Shown here: one piece after another, positions 27,637 to 40,402 of the stretch
Numbering within the stretch: position 1 is the stretch's first letter
Layout: the number at the start of each line of letters is the position of its first letter
Origin: Octopus bimaculoides
Taxonomy: Eukaryota
DNA length: 64,000 nt
Reading direction: 5' to 3'
Assembly: GCF_001194135.2 (NCBI RefSeq)
Contig: NC_068989.1
Coordinates: 55,789,109-55,853,108, forward strand
Notes under the pieces: generated by a model
Databases searched by the model: none
Told to the model about the DNA's origin: nothing
What the model saw: the letters and a program-made list of their open reading frames with translations, nothing else
Program-made: the position numbers and the translations under genes

Positions 27637-27656
27637 CATTACACAACGTGGAAACA
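27637..27656 (-). CDS. Putative 20-nt micro-exon (FPRCVM)
   Basis: Acceptor ggtttatttgcag|, donor ATG|gtacaa. First member of an in-phase micro-exon chain. Confidence 0.35.
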
Positions 27657-28544
27657 CTGCAAATAAACCAATCTATTCACCAACCATTTACATAGTAAAA
27701 TGTTGTATAGTAAATAGGGAGGTAATGAAAATATGTATGATACATCTAATTTACACAAAAGACATACCATCACAGTATTATAACATTTGAATAACACCAA
27801 GGGACTACAAATGAAATATAGACCTACAATAGAGAGTAGACGTACCAAAAATACTGTATTATTAGCTAATATTAAGTCATTATAAATAAATCCCAACAAA
27901 TGAGAAGGCTTTAGCACTTCATACAAGGAGCAAACATTCCATATTTATATGTTTATGTTTGTTTTGGGCATATGTAAATCATCTCTTATACTGCTAACCT
28001 CTTGTTAGATCTTTTTCCCCCGGAACCAGTTATACTGTTATCTTATTGGCTGAGCTATTAGTATCACACCCAAACCTCTACTTGGAGAATAAAGTGCTAA
28101 ACTTTGTCTGGCCTATTTCTTAGAACCTGTTTGACAAGGTTTAGACTTACTGGATATTAGAACCCCAGTGCTTTAGCTTTCAGCGAAATGGAAACACAAA
28201 CCTTTCCATCAATATAACTATACTGGTGTCTAATATCTGTACAAAGGCCACATAAAACTGAGAATAATCTTCTTCAGTTTTAGACGAAACATTACCACCA
28301 GAATTGAAATATTTTAACATCAAACTTTACATCATTAGTCAAGGGACTGTTTAAGTGTATATCTCATGCACATATATTTGATTACATATATTAATGTTGT
28401 CTGTGTGCTTATTTTAGTATTGTGTTGTGTTTAGACGTGATGTATTTCAGGTTTGTACAAGGAAGGTGTAGTACTTATATTTTCTTTCTAGTAAGACAGC
28501 TATAGAAGTTCTAAGCAAAAAGTAAGCAACTATACCAAGTATTC

Positions 28545-29392
28545 ATTAAGCTAGAGAAGACCTTTGACAGGGTGGGTTTCACATTCTGTGGTATGATAGC
28601 TGCTAAGAAAATTCAGTGTGGTTGAACAGCTAATGAGAACCATGCAAACCTTGTACAGAGATGTCATTAGCAGACAAGTAGGTGGTGATTTGGACTCAGC
28701 TCTCATCCAACCTCTTGTTTATGAAGTGTTTACTAAAGTTGCTCAGGCCATAAAAGAGAAATTTAAGAATAACTGCCTGTAGGAACATCCATATACTGAT
28801 GATCTAGTTCTTACAGATGAATCAACAAAAGTACTTATTGTATTAAAGTTTGGTACTTATTCTGTCAGTCTCTTTGACTGAACTGTTAAGTTACAGGGAT
28901 GTAAACACACCAACACCAGTTGTCAAGCAGTGGTGATGGGACAAACACACACACAAACATGACAGGCTTCTTTCAGCTTCTATCTACCAAATCCACTCAC
29001 AAGGCTTTGGTCAGCCCAAGGCTATAATAGAAAACACTTGCCCAAGGTGTCATGCAATGGGACTGAACCCGGAATCATGTGGTTGAGAAGCAAGCTTCTT
29101 ACCACACAGCCACACCTGTTAGAGCACATGAACAACAGAAGACAAATGAACTGAGAGAAAAACTGAATAGAAGAGGAAAGTGACAAGGTGTGCAGGATGG
29201 CAATTAGGTATAGAATTTCCGAGCACTCCAAGTGAAGGAATTTAGAAAACAAGAAGACCAAAAAGTGGATGGGAACAAGTGGTGAAGTCTGATCTAAGGA
29301 GGCTGAATCTCACAAATGGGATGATAAAGGATCACAAGTAGTAAGATACTTTGCTTGAGAAACTTGTCCAATCCATGGAAAAAGAAATAGAG

Positions 29393-29458
<66 letters not shown>

Positions 29459-29460
29459 GT
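28545..29460 (+). mobile_element. Degenerate RTE LINE (RT fragment and 3' end), interrupted by a SINE at ~28855-29118
   Basis: LEKTFDRV and HPYTDDLVL (YADD-like) motifs; (GAT)n tail at ~29396-29460. Confidence 0.7.
28855..29118 (-). mobile_element. SINE family A (partial) inserted in an RTE remnant
   Basis: Homologous to the family A head and body. Confidence 0.85.
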
Positions 29461-29779
29461 GATGACATTCCACTCTTTCCCTCATATATTGGCAGGTCAC
29501 AGATCAAACAAAATTAAAACTTCACAGTAAACATGAATGCTTCATTCATTCAAAATGAAAAATCAAATACTGTCTGATGCTACTGCAGTAAAACGTTAAT
29601 CACATCATAAAAATAGAAAATTGACTTTTGGTTTTTCTTTTGTAATATATATAATCAAATATATGTGCATAAGATATATATTTGGTGGTTTGGAGTCATG
29701 CATTTGGCACCAACAACATATAAATAGCAACACAAAATTGACTCTTTACAAATCGTTTGTCTTACCATCCCTGTTGTAT

Positions 29780-30520
29780 TCTTCTGAAACATGATGTGTT
29801 ATGAAAGACATTTCAAATTGTTAGAACAAGTCCACTAAAAATGCCTTCATCGCATTTTAAATGGTGAATTTTTTTTACTCCAAACACAGATGCCTTTGAA
29901 TCTGCAGGCATCACTTCAATTAAAGCAATGGTTCTGAAAAACCAAATGAGATGGTTTGGCCATATTGTTTCAATGGCGGATGAACGCACACCAAAACAGC
30001 TGTTTTATGGCAAGCTAACAGAGGGGAAATGCTATCGGTGTAAACCTAAAAAGAGGTTTAAGGATGGCATAAGGACTATCATGAAGGCACTTGGAATGGA
30101 TCCAAAGGACATAGAAACCCTTGCTTTGATCGAGCTGGATGGCGAACAAAAGTGTGGAGTGGAGTGAAAGCGTTTGAAGAGGCCAGGATAATGCATGCAA
30201 GACTCAGGAGAGATTTAAAGGAGAATGATATGATTGAGAAGATGAATCACAATGAGCTTTTTGTGAGCACAGTTTGTGACAGACCATGCCTTTCTTTTGC
30301 TGGGCTCAAATCTCATTTGCAGACCCATGAAAACCGAACCTCCACCAACCATTCTGCTTATATATCTGTGCACACCTTTCAATGCCATGTGTGCAAATCT
30401 AATGGAAGCCTCAAAATACATTTTAAGATCCACAAAGATCAGTACTTAACTGTAGCTCTTGGTGGTCCAAATCAGATATGCAAACTATGTGAGTGTCTTT
30501 TCAATACATTTCTGGTTTAA
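29780..30520 (+). mobile_element. RTE-clade LINE 3' remnant with C-terminal C2H2 zinc-finger units
   Basis: QMRWFGHIVSMADERTPKQLFYGKL..KPKKRFKD, followed by VCDRPCLSFAGLKSHLQTH, CHVCKSNGSLKIHFKIH and CKLCECLF. Confidence 0.85.
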
Positions 30521-30607
30521 AAAGCCACACCAGATGCCATGATGGATCTAAGGTGTAGTTACAAGAAGTGGTCAGACTCTACATAAGGAGTATAGAAACA
30601 CCATGTG

Positions 30608-30639
<32 letters not shown>

Positions 30640-30679
30640 CGTGTGTGTGTACAAGGATGTGAGCAGCTGATTAAATTAT

Positions 30680-32410
30680 CAATAGCCAGAAGAGAAACTA
30701 AACTTCAGGTATATCTCACAAGAGGAAAGGCAAAAAGAAAGTGGCTTGCACATGATCTACGATGCGAGGTGTTTTGGATTCTAGGCTGTCTACTACAGAA
30801 AACTGAGATGGGGTGGGGGTGAATGATAATGGCACACTTACTTTTACTGATGCTAAAAAGAAGGAGGTATGGCATTTGTAGACATGGAGAAAGCTTTTCT
30901 CAAGGTTCCATGCTTTATGACCAAGTAGTCTTTAAGGAAGCTAGAGACAAATGGCTTGTGAGGGCAGTACCAACCAGAGACACTGCTTGCAAGGTGACAG
31001 CAATGAATACAAGAATGAGTTTAGCATACAGGTAGGCATCCACTAAGGTTCATTTCTCAGTCTCCCACTATTTCTCATAGTTTTCGAAGCCATAACAGAA
31101 GAGTCTAAGACTAGCTGTCCATGGAAACTCCTGTATGCCAATAACCTAGTTCTCATAACTAAATCTCTGGTAGAATTAGAGAAGAAATTCCAAACCTGGA
31201 AACAAAACCTAGAATCAAGAGACCTGAGAGTAAATTTATCAAAGACAAAAGTATTTTTAGTAAAAGACAAGACAGGACTCTGAAATTGTCAGAGAAATAG
31301 CTGAACTCAATCAGTGGAAAGCAACAGGCAGAAATTCCTCATAGTGTATCCTGTGTAAAGTATAAATGCAAGAAAGCTATAATGGACAGGCTAAGGGAGA
31401 AAGTAGACTTCGTGACCATTGCACAGGGGCAATAAGTACTAAGAGCACATGGGAAATAAATTCTCTTAATTGTTCAGAAGTAGCTCTTAGTTTATTACCT
31501 AGATGACCTTATCAGTAGTGGAGATAGATTTTCCAAAACAATATTAGCCAGAGTAAGAACAAATTATGAAAAGTTCAGGGGCTATTACTTCTGACAGTTA
31601 TAAATTATTTCTTTCTCAGACTGAAAGGCAGATTGTTTGTGTAGAAATGGTGATGTTGCATGGTAATGAGACATGGACTCTGAATGCAGGAGATTTGCAA
31701 AGACTATTAATAAATGAAGCTAACATGCTCCACTAGAATTGTAACGTTAGCATGCATGAACAATAGAACATAAATGAAATGAAAGGCAACCCACAAGGAA
31801 GAAGACTGCTCTGGAACAGGGCACATGATATATATGGAGGATGATGGTTGTATAAATAGGTGCAGGGTGTTCCAGGTAGATAGAACTTTTGGGAGATGGA
31901 AACCAAGAAATCAAGGAAGGTATGGTGATGCATATGGTTGAGGAGAGCTGGGTAAAGAAGTGCTGATCTCTGTGGAGGGAATTTGTGGGAGAGGTAGACC
32001 CAGGAAGACATGAAATGAGGTGGTGAAGTTTGATCTTTGGATGTTGAGTCTCACAGAGGCAACAACCAGTGACTGAGACCTTTGGCAATTTGTGGTGCTT
32101 GAGAAAACATGTCAAACTACATGACATCATAGTCATGGCCAGTGTCGGTAAAAAGCACCCATGCCAATGACACATAAAAGGCACCCATGCCAGTGATACA
32201 TAAAAGGCACTAATGCTTGTGACACATAAAAGGCACTCACTACACTCTGTGGAGTTGTTGGTGTTAGGAAGGGCATCCAGCTGTAAAAACCAAGCCAAAA
32301 CAGACTGGAGCCCAGTGCAACTCTCCGGATTAACATCCCCCCATCAAACCATCTTATCTATGTTAGTATGGAAAATGGACACTAACTGATGATGATGATA
32401 ATGATGATAC
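30680..32410 (+). mobile_element. Degenerate RTE LINE (endonuclease/RT pieces, 3' end, 3'UTR with tandem AAAAGGCAC units and (GAT)n tail)
   Basis: VMLHGNETWTLNAGDLQRL..NEANML near 31650; 3'UTR and (GAT)n tail at 32100-32410. Confidence 0.75.
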
Positions 32411-32629
32411 AGGGTAAAGTGGAGAAGATTAATCTCAGGATACTGGACCTTGGTGAGGAGATGACAAAGAATCATGATCATTAGCGATATGCATTGCAAG
32501 AGAAGACCTACCAACCTGTATAAACAGAGAAATAAATGTTCAAAGCTGGTAATAACAATGGAGGTGGGAAAACATTTACATTCAGTTCTCTAGCCACCTT
32601 CTCTCTATAGTTCATTGTAGTTTTCTCAC

Positions 32630-32680
32630 TCGTCCTTGTACCATACAGAGCACACCTGAGCACTGTTGCAAAGATATGTA
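32630..32680 (-). CDS. Putative exon (TYLCNSAQVCSVWYKD in phase 2; other frames also open)
   Basis: Acceptor atatatttag|, donor |gtgaga, 51 nt. Confidence 0.45.
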
Positions 32681-33675
32681 CTAAATATATCTTGATTTAA
32701 AGTAACAGATAAACTCATAACTGAATGTATTCAAATAGATGGAAATACATATATTTTCACTACACTCAGACACAAACATATTCTTTTCTCTATCTTTCTT
32801 CAAAGAGAACTTGAAAAAAATTTCCTTTTGTAAATTCAACTGCTGTGTACAGTAGCTATAACCTAATATTCTATTTATCATTCTAGAAAAATATATAAAT
32901 CATCTTAACAAATATATCTGAAATTGATAAAAGTTAGGAAAGCAGAATTAAGATAATTTTTTTCCTTTTTTTTTATGTCATTGCTTGATTTTTCAACTAT
33001 TAGTACAATAAAAAGAAAATATTCTAGAGAAACTGATACTAATAGACCATTTTCTATAATCCTAACATAACTAACATCATATTAAATAAAGCACAGATAC
33101 AGGATATCTAACTATAACAAGGTATTAAAAAAAAAACAGATTAAAATAAATAAAAAAACAGTAAGTATAAATCTGAAAATGAAGGAAATTTGGTAAAATT
33201 TCCATTGACAGATGAGAAATCAATGTCTATTGAGGATATATCTTGTTGACAGCTACTTTTATTTAATAGGAATAAAGACGTTGATTTTCTCTCCAAAGGT
33301 AGCAATTCAATAGGACAGCTTTACACAAAAGTAACTTACACAATATTCACCAAATATATGTCTACAGGCAAATGATGCCGTCTTTGTATATGAAATAAAG
33401 CATAGCAACACTCAAAATCAGAATGTGAATTAAATGAAATCCTTAGAATCCTAGAGCATGTCTCTAAAATTCTTGATACTGTCATGAGATGTTGCTACAT
33501 TGACAAGTAATGTAGATGGCAAAGCAACTACATTTGTCAAACTCTATCAAATCACAAGTTTTGAACACATCACTAGCTTTAACAGGTGTGAAAGTATTTC
33601 TGCCTCTGGATGTAGACACGTAATTACCATATAGAACCACGTGGCATGGTTCTCATTTCTAACAAATAGATATAC

Positions 33676-33741
33676 CTCTGATAATCTTCTTTATTTACAG
33701 CCATGGTGAAACTGTTCAGCTCATTAGGCAATAACCAATTG
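33676..33741 (-). CDS. Putative exon (NWLLPNELNSFTMAVNKEDYQ)
   Basis: Acceptor atattatag|, donor GAG|gtatat, 66 nt. A single open frame (phase 2 to 2), in phase with 32630-32680. Confidence 0.5.
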
Positions 33742-34219
33742 CTATAATATACATGAGTGAGTGGCAGCAGATTTCTGTGCAGTATAATTTTATTTATAGT
33801 TACCATCCAACCAACTCTTTTGCAAGCATTTTCAGAATAATCATATATTTTTCAACAAACCATCATAAATAAACCAAGTTATGTTTTAATGACAGTCTTG
33901 GAAAAATTTATTTTGTTTATTTCATTATATATTTAACTTCTGTATACAGTATGACTTACTTATAGCTTCTGATTGGCAAGAACTTTCAACTTAATAACTT
34001 TGTTTTATCAAATGCCTTGATATCATACTTCAAATGATTAATCTCCATATGTTTACATCTTCATTCAACTGTAAGTTACGTAAATTAAAATATGATGTTA
34101 ATCTTTCAACAACATATTATTTGTAATTATTTGTATTTCTAAAAGTGAGTTTTCATCTTGTATTGTCTCAAGGTAAAATGTCTTAGTTACATGTTTGTAT
34201 ATGTAGGCAATCATCTCTC

Positions 34220-34428
34220 AGTCACACACACACACACATACACACATGCATGCACACACATGCATGCACATATGCATGCACACATGCACATGCATGCACA
34301 CATGTATGCATGCACACAAACATGCATGCACACACACACACATAAACGCATGCACACACACATAAGAGTGAGCAGTAAACAGCAAGTCAGCCTGCTGCTG
34401 CACACAGCAGTGTGTGTGTCTGTGTGTC

Positions 34429-34466
<38 letters not shown>

Positions 34467-34480
34467 CGCGCGCGTGCATG

Positions 34481-34518
<38 letters not shown>

Positions 34519-34520
34519 TG
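34220..34520. repeat. (CA)-rich then (TG)-rich inverted microsatellite
   Basis: Directly visible. Confidence 0.95.
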
Positions 34521-34782
34521 TCCATGTATCTGATAATACATGTCACACAGAGAGGAAGGGAGAGACTGCTGCTGCTCTCTGTTTTCTACAATGACTACTC
34601 CTTCAACTTAGGTGGCTATAAATATATTGTATTCCATTTTCAAAATATCTGTAAAACTTCCTGAAAACATTGCTCAGACAAAACAACTAAGTCAGTCTAT
34701 ACTTATTCATATAGAATTAAGACATTAAAACTAATTCACCGACTTTCCAGCGATCTAAACTTGAAATATGTGAAACACTCAA

Positions 34783-35140
34783 ACATGGCACAGCTGTGTG
34801 GTAAGAAGTTCGCTTCCCAGCCACATGGTTCCAGGTTCAGTCCCACTGCATGGCACCTTGGGCAAGTGTCTTCTACTATAGCCTCAAGCCAACCAAAGCC
34901 TTGTGAGTGGATTTGGCAGGCAGAAACTGAAAGAAAACTCTGTGTGTGTGTGTGTGTGTCTTTGTCTGTCCTCCACCACCTATTGACAACTAGATCTGCA
35001 AAAGAGACTGATAAAATAAGTACCAGGCTTAAAAAAGAAAAAAAACCAAATAAGTACTAGAGTCAATTAGTTTGACTAAAAATTCCACAAGGCGGTGCCC
35101 CAGCACGACCACAGTCCAATGAGTGAAACAAGTAAAAGAT
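34783..35140 (+). mobile_element. SINE family A
   Basis: Head CAGCTGTGTGGTAAGAAG, tail GAAACAAGTAAAAG. Confidence 0.9.
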
Positions 35141-35549
35141 GGGAGAGACCTCATATGGAATCATCATTCTCCATCAACCAAGTAAGATTCAAGAAACACA
35201 AAGACTGGATGCCTAGTGTAAGCATTGCTGATCTCATGAGTAAAGATTTATACTTAGCTATTGGCCTCTCCAATTGTTGTAAGGTAAGCAGATTGAACAT
35301 TTAAACCTGTAAATCAGTGAAACAGGTATCTTCATCCTATGAATGGTCAATATTTGAAAAAGCATCCAGGTTAAAATACTTTCCACATCAACGAATGAAA
35401 CATCCAGCTTTGAAAAATAAAAATTCAACACAAAAAAAAAAAGAAACACCTAACATGAAAGACCTCAAAGCAAATGACTCATAAAGTAATTCTTCATAAG
35501 GTAACACTTAGGAAAATGTATATATCTTGTATCTTCTATATTTTATATA

Positions 35550-35915
35550 TTTCATTTATTAGACTGCAGCCATGTTGGGGCACCACCTTGAAGAATTTTT
35601 AGTCAAATGAATTGGCCCCAGTACTTATTTCCTTTTTAAAGTCTGGTGCTTATTCTATTGGTTTCTTTTGGCGAACCACTAAATTACGGGATGTAAACAC
35701 ACCAACACTGGTTGTCAAGCAGTGAGGAAAGACAAACACAGACATAAAGCTACACACACCTATATATATGTTTCCATCTACCAAATCCATTCACAAGGCT
35801 TTGATTGGCCTGACACTATAGTAGAAGACACTTGCCCAAGGTGCCATGCAGTGGGACTGAACCTGGAACTATGTGGTTAGGAAACAAGCTTCTTACCACA
35901 CAGCCCCACCTGAGC
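35550..35915 (-). mobile_element. SINE family A, inverted relative to 34783-35140
   Basis: Reverse-complement homology. Confidence 0.9.
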
Positions 35916-36320
35916 ATATTGCAGAAAATAAAAAAATCATGTGTTGGTATTGAATATAAATGATTAAATGCAGTTGAAAGTAGATTTGCAGTCTTATTCT
36001 AATTTTAAAGGCAGAGTTCAAACTTTATATTTTCCTTTTAATACTACAAAATTTAAAAGTAGGTAATTGTAAAAGTAAGTAACAAACACAGTAAAGTACA
36101 AATAAGTGAAATATAATGTATAAAATATGTGTCCGACACACTTAATAAGAACCATATAAAAGTTATTTTGTTATTTTTATTATTATTAAATCTTGACAAG
36201 GTCAACTTAGCTTTTTGTCCCTAAGGAGTCAATAAAGTAAAGCACTAGTCAAGTGTCGAGTTGATTTAATTAACTAATCCCATCGCCAAAATTTCATACC
36301 TTGGGATTATATTAGAATCA

Positions 36321-36358
<38 letters not shown>

Positions 36359-36361
36359 CTA

Positions 36362-36575
36362 AGGTGGTGAGCTGGCAGAATCGCTAGCACACTGGATGAA
36401 ATGCTTAGCAGTATTTCGCCCGTCGCTCCATTCTGAGTTCAAATTCTGTTGAGGCCACGTTAGTCTGTCATCCTTTCGGGGTCGATAAAATAAGTACCAA
36501 TTGAACACTGGGGTCAATGTAATCAACTCATCCCTTCCCCAACAATTGCTGCCCTTGTGGCAAAATTTAAAACCA
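36362..36575 (+). mobile_element. SINE family B (tRNA head, Meta/Sauria-like core), representative copy
   Basis: GGTGGTGAGCTGGCAGAATCGCTAGC..TCATCCTTTCGGGGTCGATAAAATAAGTACC, (ATT)n tail. Other copies at ~9795-10000(+), 11610-11815(+), 17490-17860(-, two), 50245-50310(+), 56530-56740(-), 57215-57350(+), 59475-59680(+), 62350-62550(-). Confidence 0.85.
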
Positions 36576-36697
36576 TTATTATTATTATTATTATTATTAT
36601 TACAACTACTCCTATTACTGCTGGTGCTTCTGTAACTGCATAGCCACAGACTAGGTCATTGGATTTACTTCCAATAAAATTAGTTAATTTCATTGGG

Positions 36698-37323
36698 NNN
36701 NNNNNNNNNNNNNNNNNNNNNNNNNNNNNNNNNNNNNNNNNNNNNNNNNNNNNNNNNNNNNNNNNNNNNNNNNNNNNNNNNNNNNNNNNNNNNNNNNNNN
36801 NNNNNNNNNNNNNNNNNNNNNNNNNNNNNNNNNNNNNNNNNNNNNNNNNNNNNNNNNNNNNNNNNNNNNNNNNNNNNNNNNNNNNNNNNNNNNNNNNNNN
36901 NNNNNNNNNNNNNNNNNNNNNNNNNNNNNNNNNNNNNNNNNNNNNNNNNNNNNNNNNNNNNNNNNNNNNNNNNNNNNNNNNNNNNNNNNNNNNNNNNNNN
37001 NNNNNNNNNNNNNNNNNNNNNNNNNNNNNNNNNNNNNNNNNNNNNNNNNNNNNNNNNNNNNNNNNNNNNNNNNNNNNNNNNNNNNNNNNNNNNNNNNNNN
37101 NNNNNNNNNNNNNNNNNNNNNNNNNNNNNNNNNNNNNNNNNNNNNNNNNNNNNNNNNNNNNNNNNNNNNNNNNNNNNNNNNNNNNNNNNNNNNNNNNNNN
37201 NNNNNNNNNNNNNNNNNNNNNNNNNNNNNNNNNNNNNNNNNNNNNNNNNNNNNNNNNNNNNNNNNNNNNNNNNNNNNNNNNNNNNNNNNNNNNNNNNNNN
37301 NNNNNNNNNNNNNNNNNNNNNNN
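36698..37323. other. Assembly gap (largest); others at 257-266, 7464-7628, 8482-8578, 20924-21278 and 59189-59459
   Basis: N runs, several abutting microsatellites. Confidence 1.
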
Positions 37324-37385
<62 letters not shown>

Positions 37386-38080
37386 CACAATGTATTTATA
37401 TATATGTATATATAAATAAAAGTAAGATGCTGTCTCACAGAAATAACATGTAAAGTATATGAAAAAGCAATATAATTTCACCTCAGACCATAAATTTCAG
37501 AGTTCACAGCATAGCATATAATAGGGGAGAGGAAAAGCATAATTTCTGGGGCTTTTCAAAAAAGCATAATAATAAAATCAAAGCTTAAGCTATTGGAAGC
37601 ATATATTGTGATTGGCTATTTCTTATTGAAGGGTTGTAATTTACTAATCTGTGATGAACTGAAGTGGAAAACATCTGGCAGCAGTTGACAAAGGAGCTTT
37701 ATGCGGCAAACACAGTCTTTCCTTTTTGTCCAATCATGGGTATCCAAGCCACCATGTGTAAATAGTCAGCCATCTTATGTCATATTGAATGCATGGCTGA
37801 AACTGGAACATTCTGGCCCCCTAAATTTGAAGGGTCTGAAGCAAGTTATAGCAAACTAATCAGCTTCACTGGTTTGTTTTCCATAGTCCATTGGGGTGTA
37901 TATGAACGTGTAAGAGAGAGAGTGGGGGGAGGAAAAGAGAAATAGGGGACATAAAGCATAATGAGATGGGAGGGATGAGACTGAAAGGAACAAACAACTT
38001 GCCAAGCAATAGGCATTAACTATAGCAGTGGTGTGGGCGACAGTGAGACACAAAGAAACAGTTCACTAAATGGTCATTAC

Positions 38081-38144
38081 CATTTTTAAAATGCAATGCA
38101 CACACTTCTTTCACAGATATATTCAACTTGCAAATTACAATTTC
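38081..38144 (-). CDS. Putative exon (EIVICKLNISVKEVCALHFKN)
   Basis: Donor AATG|gtaatg. Only one frame is open; the acceptor is ambiguous (tandem ...taaacag|agcag|). Confidence 0.35.
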
Positions 38145-38744
38145 CTGCTCTGTTTACTATAACAAATAGCATCTATTTTGAATATTTTATCTAACCTGGT
38201 GATTTCATGGAAAAAGAAACATTAAAAGTATGGTTGTTTACAAAAATAAACAAATGAAATAAATAAACAATAAAACAGATTAAGCTGAAAACTTGCATAA
38301 ATATGTGGAAACAAATCAATAAATTATTCTAAAATAGTATACTATGTGTGAGCAAATATGCATGCATCCGCATGTATGTGTAGATGTATGCATTATTATG
38401 TAAATTGATATCCGAGTATGTCTTTAAAATTCAGTGCCTATTTCTGCAAATTTATCAGTATAGATCTGTACATATTTGTGTATCTTGTATAAATGTGTGA
38501 AAGTAGACTACACTTATGAATCAGTGTACATTTTAAACTTAAATCGCTTTATACATATTTTGTATGTGTCCATTTGTGTTTGAATTTAAGTTTCTTTTTA
38601 TATAAATGTATAAGTAGACACACTTGGCTATGTTCATAAATTGGAACTTGTATGTGTGTAAATGTGGAAATAGAAGTTTTGGTGAATGTGTGAACATGAC
38701 TGTATTCTTGCATATGCTTCAGTGTTTCTATGCAAGTCTATAGA

Positions 38745-38837
38745 GGTGTCTCTGCATATGTGCTCATGTATGTGTATGCATGTGCATGTGTATATTTGCT
38801 CCTGTGTGTGAGTGCTCCTGTGCATGAGTGCTTCTCT

Positions 38838-38884
<47 letters not shown>

Positions 38885-39000
38885 CTTGTGTGTGTGTGCT
38901 CCTGTGTGTGTGTGTCTTCTGTGTGTGCATGTATGTGCATGTGTGTGTGTGTGTGTTCCTCTGTGTGTGTGTGTGTATGTGTGTGTGTGTGCACGTGCAT
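38745..39000. repeat. Degenerate (TG)n
   Basis: Directly visible. Confidence 0.95.
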
Positions 39001-40402
39001 CTGGAAGGTGTGTATGAGCGTATAAGTCACTTAATTTACATTGTTTACAAATACATGACATGAAGATGCTAGCCGTATACCGTATTCTAAATTAAGGTGA
39101 GCATCAATACATGAATATGTTAGTTCCAGCATAGTATGCAGCATATGACAATATCAGACTGCGTATTATATTGTGAACCCAGCCCAACGTATAACAAATT
39201 TATATGTTTTAAGATTAAAAGAAAAAGGGGAAAACGAATTGTTTCACATCAGCAGTCATCTTTAGAAACTCTGTAACTTTGCCTTAAACAATAGAAAGAA
39301 CATAAGATATATAAATTGAATAGAGATGCTGTCAGTTTAGTTTAGAAATCCTTTCAAATGAAAAATAAGAGACAAATGGAAAAAGTGATATAAAAAAATG
39401 GGCTTCCTTTGTGTGTTCTCTCGTTTTTCTTTTTCATTTTTGTAATTAAAAAACTACTTCAGGCAGAATTAAAAAGAATAAAAATAATTATTTTTGTGGA
39501 AACCAAAGTAGAGTTTATAGCATTCAGAAAGTAATCATTGAATAAATAAATAAATAATTAAATTAGTAATAAGAAGTAATATCAGCAGCAGTAGCTGCAA
39601 CCATATCAACAAAAATAAGAAATGAATAATAAATATAAAATAATGTTAAATAACAAATTAGACTATTGTTTATAAGGGAAATGAAAATATTGAATTAAGA
39701 AATGTCAATGTAATATTTAGCAGAGAATTAATTGATGAAACAAAAAATAGTTAATAAATAAATAAAATAATATAATTAGTATTAAAACAGAGAAAGAGTG
39801 GAAACAAACAGTTGAATGTATTAGAGGAAAGTGTGAACAAAGGAGGAGGAGCAGAATGTTTCAAGTAAATAGATATATAGAAAAGTAAAGGAATATTTGA
39901 ACAAGCTTTGCGGCAAGTTTGGAAACAATGTCTTATATAGAACAAAAACAATGTTTGGGGTTTGTTAACATGAACAGACAGAGGTTTTAAAGCAAAGAGT
40001 TTTAACAAGGATAAAAAAAAATTAACTTATTGCCATCATATACCAAAAAAAAAAAAAAATTCAACTTCTCTGAGATGAGTTTCATCCTTTCCTGCTTTAT
40101 AAATTGCAATATGATGTTTATGTATTTAGGTATCACATGGTACAGTGAAAAATGATATTTCTAAATGCAGTTTACACTGAGACATTCTCTGCATTGGCTA
40201 CTGACAGATCACAAAGATTTTAGCACCTTCTTATAGTATCACTCCCTCCAGAAGTGTCAAGTAGCACTGACCAGTTCCTTTTGTCCATACTGTAGCATGG
40301 TGTTTTTTTTTCTCTCCAGTATGCATGTAGTCACCACAACAAACTGAGTGCAGCTTCAACAACTTCAACCATGCAATGACTATTATTTTATTTATTACTC
40401 AC

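Noticed and set aside
28151-28236. Candidate exon(s) with gtaagt and gtttgt donors (HQYSYIDGK)
   Set aside because: The long form has stops in all frames, splitting it needs a ~25-nt intron, and the short form does not phase-match the next exon.
36523-37481. Several 240-285 aa ORFs
   Set aside because: They run through N gaps; the same applies to the ORFs at 7312-7779, 8315-8817, 20850-21329 and 59067-59591.
34158-39063. HT/CV-repeat ORFs
   Set aside because: (CA)n/(TG)n artefacts.
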